DNA from: Macrostomum lignano
Lineage: Eukaryota
Length of the DNA: 64,000 nt
NCBI GenBank assembly: GCA_002269645.1
Contig: NIVC01002986.1
Coordinates: forward strand, 1 to 64,000
Direction of reading: 5' to 3'
Under the pieces are notes generated by a model, which saw nothing but the letters and a program-made list of their open reading frames with translations, did not search any database and had not been told where the DNA came from. The translations under genes and the position numbers were made by a program. Below, in pieces: positions 37,200 to 49,200 of the stretch. Every line of letters begins with the position of its first letter. Positions within the stretch are counted from its first letter, which is position 1.

Positions 37200-37929
37200 G
37201 GTGAAGTAGGGTGAGATTGGGAGAGGTAGGGTGAGATTGGAGAGGTAAGGTGACATTCGGAGAGGTAGAGTGAGGTTAGGAGAGGTAGGGTGAGATTGGA
37301 GAGGTAGGGTGAGATTGGGAGAGGTAGGGTGAGATTGGAGAGGTAGGGTGAGATTGGAAGAGGTAGGGTGAGATTGGGAGAGGTAGGGTGAGATTGGGAG
37401 AGGTAGGGTGAGATTACGAGAGGTAGAGTGAGATTGGAGAGGTAGGGTGAGATTGGAGAGGTAGGGTGAGATTGGAGAGGTAGGGTGAGATTGGGAGAGG
37501 TAGGGTAAGATTGGGAGAGGTAGGGTGAGATTAGGAGAGGTAGCGTGAGATTGGGAGAGGTAGAGTGAGATTGGGAGAGGTAGGGTGAGATTGGAGAGGT
37601 AGGGTGAGATTGGAAGAGGTAGGGTGAGATTGGGAGAGGTAGGGTGAGATTGGGAGAGGTAGGGTGAGATTACGAGAGGTAGAGTGAGATTGGAGAGGTA
37701 GGGTGAGATTGGAGAGGTAGGGTGAGATTGGAGAGGTAGGGTGAGATTGGGAGAGGTAGGGTAAGATTGGGAGAGGTAGGGTGAGATTAGGAGAGGTAGC
37801 GTGAGATTGGGAGAGGTAGAGTGAGATTGGGAGAGGTAGGGTGAGATTGGGAGAGGTAGAGTGAGATTGGGAGAGGTAGGGTGAGATTGGGAGACGTAGG
37901 GTGAGATTGGGAGAGGTAGGGTGAGATTA
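37200..37929. repeat. ~19-20 bp G-rich minisatellite (gagaggtagggtgagattgg)
   Basis: Tandem array. Variant units (gattacg, gtaagat) recur at a 256-bp offset. Confidence 0.97.
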
Positions 37930-38389
37930 AAGAGTTATTGACACTTTTGAATGTAGTGCTACTGTTTTAACCTTGCACTGTACTTTTAGTCAATTAATAA
38001 GCTTTGATGGAACGAAAACTTTCGCTGGAATAACGCTTTTTGTGAGGTCAATGTTTGTTCAGGCACGATGCATTAAGTCCATGAGGTTGCCCTCGGGTTA
38101 GAAAGTGTTACACTCGAATTATTTTGCGGCTTCTAAAGCGAGGTCGAAGCTGTTTACTCTTGACAAGTTTATTGCAAGCACATTTAAAGGTAAAATTTAA
38201 AGAAAATGTTTTTTGGTGACGGATCACGTCACTTCCTAACTTGATGTCAGGAATTGCTTAGCTGGCGTGTCAGAAAAGTATGTTGAGGATAACGCTTGTG
38301 CTGTGCTCTATTTGCAAGACCGTTACAATAACAAATTTAAGAACTCTTAGCGACGCGATTCAAAAACCGAGAAAGATCCTGTTTCCCTA

Positions 38390-38595
38390 TGCATGGTCAC
38401 GTGGTCACGGGACTACTGGACCGCCTCTTAAAGCGCTTTGATCAGTTCTCAAACGCGGCTGAGCCAATGGCTGAGAACAGAAAAGGGAATCTCAGACTGG
38501 CTAAAAGCAACTGGTCAAGACTGCTGCTACAAATTGCCGAATTCGCGACAGTCCTTTTGCAATCGTCTTGTGAGCGTATTCACAGAAACTGAAAG
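38390..38595 (+). promoter_or_regulatory. Candidate promoter and non-coding first exon of the 40605 GPCR
   Basis: CACGTG at ~38398, CCAAT at ~38464 and a strong donor AAG|GTAAGC at 38596. A strong acceptor (tttcctcacttcgcttcAG) is at 40592, 12 nt before the ATG. This is inference only. Confidence 0.35.
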
Positions 38596-38672
38596 GTAAG
38601 CAGATTTTTCTTATTGCATGACTGATTTTCAGCAATTGTATTCAGTATTGTTATCAGTGCTGCCTCATTCTT

Positions 38673-38890
38673 ATCACCACCAACCCACATTCTTATAGCC
38701 CCACCACCCCACATTCTTATAACCCCACCACCCCACATTCTTATAACCCCACCACCTCACGCTCTTATAACCCCACCACCCCACTTTCTTATCGCCCCAC
38801 CACCCCACTTTCCTATAAACCCACCACCCCACATTCTTATGGCCCCACCACCTCACATTCTTATCGCCCCACCACCCCACATTCTTATAG
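38673..38890. repeat. ~21-22 bp C-rich minisatellite (ccccaccaccccacattcttat), block 1
   Basis: Tandem array of the same family as 39985-40507. Confidence 0.95.
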
Positions 38891-39433
38891 TCAGATACAC
38901 AAGCAGATATACGGCTGATAAATGCGTAGTCGAAAAGATGCATTTATTGAAATGAAAGCCAGGGAACTCCAGTTTCTTGTGAAGATTTACCCGTAAAGAT
39001 CTAAGCAGAAGACAAGCAGGCTGAAAACTGGCTGAAAAAGGAGTTGCCTAATTCCACTTGGCTTCCTCCTTCCCAGTTTAATAGGGAAGTGTGCATAAAG
39101 GAATCGAGATCCGGGGGAAACAATGCAAGCAGGAAATTACAGCTCTCAAAGTCTAATTATTCAGTCATAATTAATTAGAAGACCTTCAATTGCCAGGTTT
39201 TTCTCTCGGCTCGCTTTTCTGCTTTCCTTCCTTTATCTATTTATTAGTCGCTGAAGGCGAATGATAATTAGTAGCCGGCGATCAGGTGCGATTCAACCCT
39301 CGAATCCAAAAAATCATGCCCCGATGACTCACGTCAACTTTAGTGATAGAAAAAATTAATAGCATAATAATAATGTAGTTGGTTATGCCTATGCATTCCT
39401 AAATGCTGAAATTAACCTTTACACTTTTATACC

Positions 39434-39690
39434 AACTGACTGACTGACTGACTGACTGACTGACTGACTGACTGACTGACTGACTGACTGACTGACTGAC
39501 TGACTGACTGACTGACTGACTGACTGACTGACTGACTGACTGACTGACTGACTGACTGACTGACTGACTGACTGACTGACTGACTGACTGACTGACTGAC
39601 TGACTGACTGACTGACTGACTGACTGACTGACTGACTGACTGACTGACTGACTGACTGACTGACTGACTGACTGACTGACTGACTGACTG
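39434..39690. repeat. (GACT)n microsatellite
   Basis: Perfect tract of about 64 units. Confidence 0.99.
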
Positions 39691-39984
39691 TCGGAAACAA
39701 CTGTCTAATGGTTTATATCTAGGATTCTTGAATTCTGTTTATGAGTTCGGCTTCATGTCTATGCCACATATTGCAATTTTTTTTGCCGTTTTGTCACGAT
39801 CAAGTTAGGAGTGCAGGGTTTAGTTATCTCTGCACGTGTAAAACTTAGCTAAATGTCTAGTCAATATAAAAAATACAAGTCAGGAAGTGTCCTGACCTTA
39901 ACTTTAGAGCATAAGTTCCTTTCAAATAAATAGTATATACATTTTTACCAATAATATACTTTGATAATTCATAAGCCTGCAGCA

Positions 39985-40507
39985 CCCAGCATTCTTATCG
40001 CCCCACCACCCCACATTATTAACGCCCACCACCCCACATTCTTATCGCCCCACAACCCCACATTCTTATCGCCCCACCAACCCACATTCTTATCGCCCCA
40101 CCACCCCACATTCTTATCGCCCCACCAACCCACATTCTTATCGCCCCACCAACCCACATTCTTATCGCCCCACCACCCCACATTCTTATCGCCCCGCCAC
40201 CCCACATTCTTATCGCCCCACCACCCCACATTCTTATCACCCCACCACCCCACATTCTTATCACCCCACCACCCCACATTCTTATAACCCCACCACCCCA
40301 CATTCTTATCGCCCCACCACCCCACATTCTTATCACCCCACCACCCCACATTCTTATCGCCCACCACCCCACACTCTTATCGCCCCACCACCCCACACTC
40401 TTATCACCCCACCACCCCACATTCTTATCGCCCACCACCCCACACTCTTATAACCCCACCACCCCACATTCTTATCGCCCCACCACCCCACACTCTTATC
40501 GCCCCAC
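39985..40507. repeat. ~21-22 bp C-rich minisatellite, block 2
   Basis: Tandem (cgccccaccaccccacattcttat)-type units. Confidence 0.97.
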
Positions 40508-40604
40508 CCCGCGGTCACGGACATCTCATTAAAAGAAAGTCTACAGTAAATCTCCTAATTAAGCTGTTCCATATTTCCTCACTTCGCTTCAGATTTAACT
40601 ACTA

Positions 40605-41723
40605 ATGCAGCCAGCGGTTATCAAGACCGACTGCGATGATAGCTTTTTCAACGCCACGCATCACCCAAGCAGAGCTCTGCTGGCTGTCACAGGCAGTCTG
40701 GCAATTCTTCAGGGCATCCTGCTGCTCTGCGGAGTTTGCTGCAACACAATCGGCTACTTGGCTCTGCGATCGAGCCCGCTGTCAGCTGACTTAGCCAGCC
40801 AGTTCCGGGCTCTGGTCATTGGCGATCAGTTCTTTCTATTGTTCAACCTGTTGGACACGTGGATTCACCTGGTGGAAAATCTCGGCCCGGTAGAGTCGCC
40901 AATACCTCTCCTGATTGCGGCCTGGTCGCATCCCATTGTCTGGGCTTTGCGCACCAGCGTGTTCAGCTTCCACAGCTGGACAATGGCTTTGCTGAGCCTC
41001 ATCAAGTGCGTTAAAGTGACGCAACCCTGGCGCAGAGGGAATCAGCCTCGGTTGATGCGTCTGCTAACGTCGGCGGCTTTGATCTACAGTTTCTCTAGCA
41101 ACTGCCCGGCCATAGCGCTGTTCACGAACTTCAGCGTCACCTACATGGCCAGGTGCGACGATGGCTTCAGACTGGCCAGCAAGGCCTACCTAATCAAGGA
41201 AACTAACGACAGCACCACCGACCGCTTGGATCTGAAATCGATGGCTTCGCCAATATTCTTAGCCGTGAATGTGACAGCGCTACCAGTGCTGCTCACCCTG
41301 GTCTGCAATCTCATCACTCTGTGCCGGCTTCGCGAACGATCTGGCGGTCTGAGAGGGCCCGGCAGCGGCCGGGTGATGCTGGCGCTGCTGCAGCAGAGAA
41401 GCGCCCAGGCCACGCGAACTATTCTAATCCGCACTAATACGTTCTTGGCTTTTCAAGCGCCCGTGCTCATTTGGACGCTGATGGACACGTGGGTCTGGGC
41501 CCAGCTGGAGCCGTCAACCTTTTGCTGCCTGGTGGTAATCAGCAACACGCTCAGTCAGGCCTTCTTCGCCACCAGCTTCTTGGTCTGCGTTCGATGCGAC
41601 CGCGGCCTTCGGCGTCGTTTCGTCCAGACAGCATCAGCTTGCGTTCCGGCCTCCGCCGTCGCCTGCCTCGACAGAAACAGGCCGGCGCCGAACCAGTTGC
41701 CAATGACAACAAACGGTCGCTAG
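40605..41723 (+). CDS. Intronless divergent class A GPCR (FMRFamide-receptor-like / orphan peptide receptor type), 372 aa
   Basis: Seven hydrophobic segments: TM1 GVCCN, TM2 LVIGD, TM3 HSWTMALLSLIKCVKVTQPW, TM4 YSFSSNCP, TM5 NVTALPVLLTLVCN, TM6 NTFLAFQAP and TM7 SNTLSQAFFATSFLV. N-glycosylation sequons are present at the N-terminus and in ECL2. Confidence 0.85.
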   Translation: MQPAVIKTDCDDSFFNATHHPSRALLAVTGSLAILQGILLLCGVCCNTIGYLALRSSPLSADLASQFRALVIGDQFFLLFNLLDTWIHLVENLGPVESPIPLLIAAWSHPIVWALRTSVFSFHSWTMALLSLIKCVKVTQPWRRGNQPRLMRLLTSAALIYSFSSNCPAIALFTNFSVTYMARCDDGFRLASKAYLIKETNDSTTDRLDLKSMASPIFLAVNVTALPVLLTLVCNLITLCRLRERSGGLRGPGSGRVMLALLQQRSAQATRTILIRTNTFLAFQAPVLIWTLMDTWVWAQLEPSTFCCLVVISNTLSQAFFATSFLVCVRCDRGLRRRFVQTASACVPASAVACLDRNRPAPNQLPMTTNGR

Positions 41724-43224
41724 GCGTTGCCTAATGCTCGGCGCAAGGTAAAACACCGAATATTGAAACGTCATGGAAAATAATACAAAAAACAATTTGA
41801 CGACTTTCATTTTTGTCGGCACGATCGAAAAAGACCTTGGATATTTTTAGCTACTTCTTCGTGCTGCTCTTGGAATTTTGAATTATCTCATTTTTTGCTT
41901 TCAGTTAATTGCATAATTATTTTATTACTCTACTTTATGTTATTTATAAAGATTACATTTAACATCGACTATTATTAAGAAGCGCCCTTGATTGATTTAC
42001 ATATATAGCCAGGATAAATGCTTAATTTGTAAGTCTCATTGATCAAAACTTACATTTACTTTTTTTTCTTTACTCGTTGGACTTTGATGATAATTTCATC
42101 TCAAAGTTTGCTTACATCTAGCTATTGCCCTTGCAATGTACATGTAGGAGCGTAAGATATTTAATATCTGAATTTTTATTCATTGTTAATCGTTTAGAAA
42201 GATTTGGCCACGCCCTTTCACCTACTGGCTATCCACAGGAATCGCGGCTCCTGTTACACTTCGCAAACTCTATACGTACACAACTCAAAAAGGAAGTTCG
42301 CTGACAAACTATTGAGTTATAACTTATGTAGTATAATGTAGCCAGCGTTTTAATTACAATACATACCTGGCCAACTTGCACAACGGAGCAGGGAACGCAG
42401 GAAATGAATAGCTGGCCTTGGACACTCCCTCGAGAGCAAGGTTCATTTCCCTTCTCGAGTCGCAGCAGTTCTCAGCGCGGGACACGCTGACACATTTGTA
42501 GGCAGACACCTTGCATGCAGCTCGCCAAAGATGAAGCCTTGCAGCATCCCTAATATGGTCGGACATCCTTTTTGAAGATATTTTTCAGCGCCAAAGCAGC
42601 CGGAGAGTCGATGAGGACAGAGTGCCAGCTAGTTCAGCAGGAACACGTCAGACTCTCTGACCATTTATTCTTGATTGATTTATGCTGATGAAGGTTTGTG
42701 AAAATGAGTAAGTCAGGGCCGCTGTACACCCGTGTAAATCGTGCGCAAGCTCCTCTACGAACTGACTAACCGGGAAAGGCATACACGAGCTTGCAGCTGA
42801 GCACACAAACAAAAGCTTAGTTGAGTATACTCTGCTTGAACATCGGCTTTCGTCGATTCTATACATGCAAACATCCTGATGCCTAAAATTGAATTCCTCT
42901 GTTCAACCGTTCTAGTACATAGTTTTTTCTCGTTTTTCCCCAGGATCGCGATCGGGAAGTAATTATTTTATTTGATTTCGCGAAGAATGGCCTGATTGAA
43001 AAAAAGGTTTTGAGTATACAGCTATAAAACATGTACTATAGAATTTTAAGTAAGAAAAAATATGTGCAAAAAAGTGAATTTAGAACTCATTCGGTGGGCG
43101 CGACCCATGCGATGAGTCACATGGACAAAAAAATGAAACAGGTAGCCAAGCTCGACAAATGAGCTCAAACTTTTGTCGCCACTCTCAATTGAACGTGGCA
43201 TTCACCGGCTTAGGTGACAGGGAC

Positions 43225-46200
43225 ATAGGGACACCCTCCAAGAGACAGTGACGCGCACCAAGAGACAGGGCACCCTCCAAAAGACACTAAGTGACAGGGG
43301 CACCCTTCAAGAGAGGGGAGTGCTCACCAAGAGATAGGGGTGCCCACCAAGAGACAAGGGAGCCCTCCAACAGATAGGGGTGCCCTCCAAGAGACAGGGG
43401 TGCCCTCCAAGAGACAGGGGCACCCACCAAGAGACAGGGGTGCCCTCCAAGAGACGGGAGCCCTCCAAGAGACAGGGGCACCCACCAAGAGACAGGGGTG
43501 CCCTCCAAGAGACAGGGGTGCCCTCCAAGAGACAGGGGAGCCCTCCAAGAGACAGGGGCACCCACCAAGAGACAGGGGTGCCCTCCAAGAGACAGGGGAG
43601 CCCTCCAAGAGACAGGGGCGCCCACCAAGAGACAGGGGTGCCCTCCAAGAGACAGGGGAGCCCTCCAAGAGACAGGGGCGCACACCAAGAGACAGGGGTG
43701 CCCTCCAAGAGACAGGGGCACCCACCAAGAGACAGGGGTGCCCACCAAGAGACAGGGGTGCCCACCAAGAGACAGGGGTGCCCACCAAGAGACAGCTAGG
43801 GGTGCCCACCAAGAGACAGGGGTGCCCACCAAGAGACAGGGGTGCCCACCAAGAGACAACTATAGGGGTGCCCACCAAGAGACAGGGGTGCCCACCAAGA
43901 GACAACTATAGGGGTGCCCACTAAGAGACAGGGGTGCCCACCAAGAGACAGGGGTGCCCACCAAGAGACAACTATAGGGGTGCCCACCAAGAGAGAGGGG
44001 TGCCCACCAAGAGACAACTATAGGGGTGCCCACCAAGAGACAGGGGTGCCCACCAAGAGACAGGGGTGCCCACCAAGAGACAGGGGCGCCCACCAAGAGA
44101 CAGGGGTGCCCTCCAAGAGACAGGGGCACCCACCAAGAGACAGGGGTGCCCACCAAGAGACAGGGGTGCCCACCAAGAGACAGCTAGGGGTGCCCACCAA
44201 GAGACAGGGGCGCCCACCAAGAGACAGGGGTGCCCTCCAAGAGACAGGGGCACCCACCAAGAGACAGGGGTGCCCACCAAGAGACAGGGGTGCCCACCAA
44301 GAGACAGGGGTGCCCACCAAGAGACAGCTAGGAGTGCCCACCAAGAGACAGGGGTGCCCACCAAGAGACAGGGGTGCCCACCAAGAGACAACTATAGGGG
44401 TGCCCACCAAGAGACAGGGGTGCCCACCAAGAGACAACTATAGGGGTGCCCACTAAGAGACAGGAATGCCCACCAAGAGACAGGGGTGCCCACCAAGAGA
44501 CAACTATAGGGGTGCCCACCAAGAGACAGGGGTGCCCACCAAGAGACAACTATAGGGGTGCCCACTAAGAGACAGGGGTGCCCACCAAGAGACAGGGGTG
44601 CCCACCAAGAGACAGGGGTGCCCACCAAGAGACAGCTAGGGGTGCCCACCAAGAGACAGGGATGCCCACCAAGAGACAGGGGTGCCCACCAAGAGACAAC
44701 TATAGGGGTGCCCACCAAGAGACAGGGGTGCCCACCAAGAGACAACTATAGGGGTGCCCACCAAGAGACAGGGGTGCCCACCAAGAGACAACTATAGGGG
44801 TGCCCACCAAGAGACAGGGGTGCCCACCAAGAGACAGGGGTGCCCACCAAGAGACAGGGGTGCCCACCAAGAGACAGCTAGGGGTGCCCACCAAGAGACA
44901 GCTAGGGGTGCCCACCAAGAGACAGGGGCGCCCACCAAGAGACAGGGGTGCCCTCCAAGAGACAGGGGCACCCACCAAGAGACAGGGGTGCCCACCAAGA
45001 GACAGGGGTGCCCACCAAGAGACAGGGGTGCCCACCAAGAGACAGCTAGGAGTGCCCACCAAGAGACAGGGGTGCCCACCAAGAGACAGGGGTGCCCACC
45101 AAGAGACAACTATAGGGGTGCCCACCAAGAGACAGGGGTGCCCACCAAGAGACAACTATAGGGGTGCCCACTAAGAGACAGGAATGCCCACCAAGAGACA
45201 GGGGTGCCCACCAAGAGACAACTATAGGGGTGCCCACCAAGAGACAGGGGTGCCCACAAGAGACAACTATAGGGGTGCCCACTAAGAGACAGGGGTGCCC
45301 ACCAAGAGACAGGGGTGCCCACCAAGAGACAGGGGTGCCCACCAAGAGACAGCTAGGGGTGCCCACCAAGAGACAGGGATGCCCACCAAGAGACATGGGT
45401 GCCCACCAAGAGACAACTATAGGGGTGCCCACCAAGAGACAGGGGTGCCCACCAAGAGACAACTATAGGGGTGCCCACCAAGAGACAGGGGTGCCCACCA
45501 AGAGACAACTATAGGGGTGCCCACCAAGAGACAGGGGTGCCCACCAAGAGACAGGGGTGCCCACCAAGAGACAGGGGTGCCCACCAAGAGACAGCTAGGG
45601 GTGCCCACCAAGAGACAGCTAGGGGTGCCCACCAAGAGACAGGGGTGCCCACCAAGAGACAGCTAGGGGTGCCCACCAAGAGACAGGGGTGCCCACTAAG
45701 AGACAGTGGCGCCCACCAAGAGACAGGGGTGCCCACCAAGAGACAGCTAGGGGTGCCCACCAAGAGACAGCTAGGGGTGCCCACCAAGAGACAGGGGTGC
45801 CCACCAAGAGACAGCTAGGGGTGCCCACCAAGAGACAGGGGTGCCCACCAAGAGACAGTGGCGCCCACCAAGAGACAGGGGCGCCCACCAAGAGACAGGG
45901 GTGCCCACCAAGAGACAGCTAGGGGTGCCCACCAAGAGACAGGGGTGCCCACCAAGAGACAGGGGTGCCCACCAAGAGACAGCTAGGGGTGCCCACCAAG
46001 AGACAGCTAGGGGTGCCCACCAAGAGACAGGGGTGCCCACCAAGAGACAGTGGCGCCCACCAAGAGACAGGGGCGCCCACCAAGAGACGGGCGCCCACCA
46101 AGAGACAGTGGCGCCCACCAAGAGACAGGGGCGCCCACCAAGAGACAGGGGTGCCCACCAAGAGACAGGGGTGCCCACCAAGAGACAGCTAGGGGTGCCC

Positions 46201-49200
46201 ACCAAGAGACAGGGGTGCCCACCAAGAGACAGGGGTGCCCACCAAGAGACAACTATAGGGGTGCCCACCAAGAGACAGGGGTGCCCTCCAAGAGACGGGA
46301 GCCCTCCAAGAGACAGGGGCACCCACCAAGAGACAGGGGTGCCCTCCAAGAGACAGGGGTGCCCTCCAAGAGACAGGGGAGCCCTCCAAGAGACAGGGGC
46401 ACCCACCAAGAGACAGGGGTGCCCTTCAAGAGACAGGGGAGCCCTCCAAGAGACAGGGGCGCCCACCAAGAGACAGGGGTGCCCTCCAAGAGACAGGGGA
46501 GCCCTCCAAGAGACAGGGGCGCCCACCAAGAGACAGGGGTGCCCTCCAAGAGACAGGGGCACCCACCAAGAGACAGGGGTGCCCACCAAGAGACAGGGGT
46601 GCCCACCAAGAGACAGGGGTGCCCACCAAGAGACAGCTAGGGGTGCCCACCAAGAGACAGGGGTGCCCACCAAGAGACAGGGGTGCCCACCAAGAGACAA
46701 CTATAGGGGTGCCCACCAAGAGACAGGGGTGCCCACCAAGAGACAACTATAGGGGTGCCCACTAAGAGACAGGGGTGCCCACCAAGAGACAGGGGTGCCC
46801 ACCAAGAGACAACTATAGGGGTGCCCACCAAGAGACAGGGGTGCCCACCAAGAGACAACTATAGGGGTGCCCACCAAGAGACAGGGGTGCCCACCAAGAG
46901 ACAGGGGTGCCCACCAAGAGACAGGGGCGCCCACCAAGAGACAGGGGTGCCCTCCAAGAGACAGGGGCACCCACCAAGAGACAGGGGTGCCCACCAAGAG
47001 ACAGGGGTGCCCACCAAGAGACAGGGGTGCCCACCAAGAGACAGCTAGGGGTGCCCACCAAGAGACAGGGGCGCCCACCAAGAGACAGTGGCGCCCACCA
47101 AGAGACAGGGGCGCCCACCAAGAGACGGGCGCCCACCAAGAGACAGTGGCGCCCACCAAGAGACAGGGGCGCCCACCAAGAGACAGGGGTGCCCACCAAG
47201 AGACAGGGGTGCCCACCAAGAGACAGCTAGGGGTGCCCACCAAGAGACAGGGGTGCCCACCAAGAGACAGGGGTGCCCACCAAGAGACAACTATAGGGGT
47301 GCCCACCAAGAGACAGGGGTGCCCTCCAAGAGACGGGAGCCCTCCAAGAGACAGGGGCACCCACCAAGAGACAGGGGTGCCCTCCAAGAGACAGGGGTGC
47401 CCTCCAAGAGACAGGGGAGCCCTCCAAGAGACAGGGGCACCCACCAAGAGACAGGGGTGCCCTTCAAGAGACAGGGGAGCCCTCCAAGAGACAGGGGCGC
47501 CCACCAAGAGACAGGGGTGCCCTCCAAGAGACAGGGGAGCCCTCCAAGAGACAGGGGCGCCCACCAAGAGACAGGGGTGCCCTCCAAGAGACAGGGGCAC
47601 CCACCAAGAGACAGGGGTGCCCACCAAGAGACAGGGGTGCCCACCAAGAGACAGGGGTGCCCACCAAGAGACAGCTAGGGGTGCCCACCAAGAGACAGGG
47701 GTGCCCACCAAGAGACAGGGGTGCCCACCAAGAGACAACTATAGGGGTGCCCACCAAGAGACAGGGGTGCCCACCAAGAGACAACTATAGGGGTGCCCAC
47801 TAAGAGACAGGGGTGCCCACCAAGAGACAGGGGTGCCCACCAAGAGACAACTATAGGGGTGCCCACCAAGAGACAGGGGTGCCCACCAAGAGACAACTAT
47901 AGGGGTGCCCACCAAGAGACAGGGGTGCCCACCAAGAGACAGGGGTGCCCACCAAGAGACAGGGGCGCCCACCAAGAGACAGGGGTGCCCTCCAAGAGAC
48001 AGGGGCACCCACCAAGAGACAGGGGTGCCCACCAAGAGACAGGGGTGCCCACCAAGAGACAGGGGTGCCCACCAAGAGACAGCTAGGGGTGCCCACCAAG
48101 AGACAGGGGCGCCCACCAAGAGACAGGGGTGCCCTCCAAGAGACAGGGGCACCCACCAAGAGACAGGGGTGCCCACCAAGAGACAGGGGTGCCCACCAAG
48201 AGACAGGGGTGCCCACCAAGAGACAGCTAGGGGTGCCCACCAAGAGACAGGGGTGCCCACCAAGAGACAGGGGTGCCCACCAAGAGACAGGGGTGCCCAC
48301 CAAGAGACAACTATAGGGGTGCCCACCAAGAGACAGGGGTGCCCACCAAGAGACAGGGGTGCCCACCAAGAGACAACTATAGGGGTGCCCACCAAGAGAC
48401 AGGGGTGCCCACCAAGAGACAACTATAGGGGTGCCCACTAAGAGACAGGGGTGCCCACCAAGAGACAGGGGTGCCCACCAAGAGACAACTATAGGGGTGC
48501 CCACCAAGAGACAGGGGTGCCCACCAAGAGACAACTATAGGGGTGCCCACCAAGAGACAGGGGTGCCCACCAAGAGACAACTATAGGGGTGCCCACTAAG
48601 AGACAGGGGTGCCCACCAAGAGACAGGGGTGCCCACCAAGAGACAACTATAGGGGTGCCCACCAAGAGACAGGGGTGCCCACCAAGAGACAGGGGAGCCC
48701 TCCAAGAGACAGGGGCGCCCACCAAGAGACAGGGGTGCCCTCCAAGAGACAGGGGCACCCACCAAGAGACAGGGGTGCCCACCAAGAGACAGGGGTGCCC
48801 ACCAAGAGACAGGGGTGCCCACCAAGAGACAGCTAGGGGTGCCCACCAAGAGACAGGGGTGCCCACCAAGAGACAGGGGTGCCCACCAAGAGACAACTAT
48901 AGGGGTGCCCACCAAGAGACAGGGGTGCCCACCAAGAGACAACTATAGGGGTGCCCACTAAGAGACAGGGGTGCCCACCAAGAGACAGGGGTGCCCACCA
49001 AGAGACAACTATAGGGGTGCCCACCAAGAGACAGGGGTGCCCACCAAGAGACAACTATAGGGGTGCCCACCAAGAGACAGGGGTGCCCACCAAGAGACAG
49101 GGGTGCCCACCAAGAGACAGGGGTGCCCACCAAGAGACAGCTAGGGGTGCCCACCAAGAGACAGCTAGGGGTGCCCACCAAGAGACAGGGGTGCCCACCA

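Noticed and set aside
42354-42866. GC-richer segment with short minus-strand ORFs and a CAG|GTATGT donor near 42367
   Set aside because: No recognisable protein similarity, no convincing acceptor and no partner exons, so it is left unannotated.
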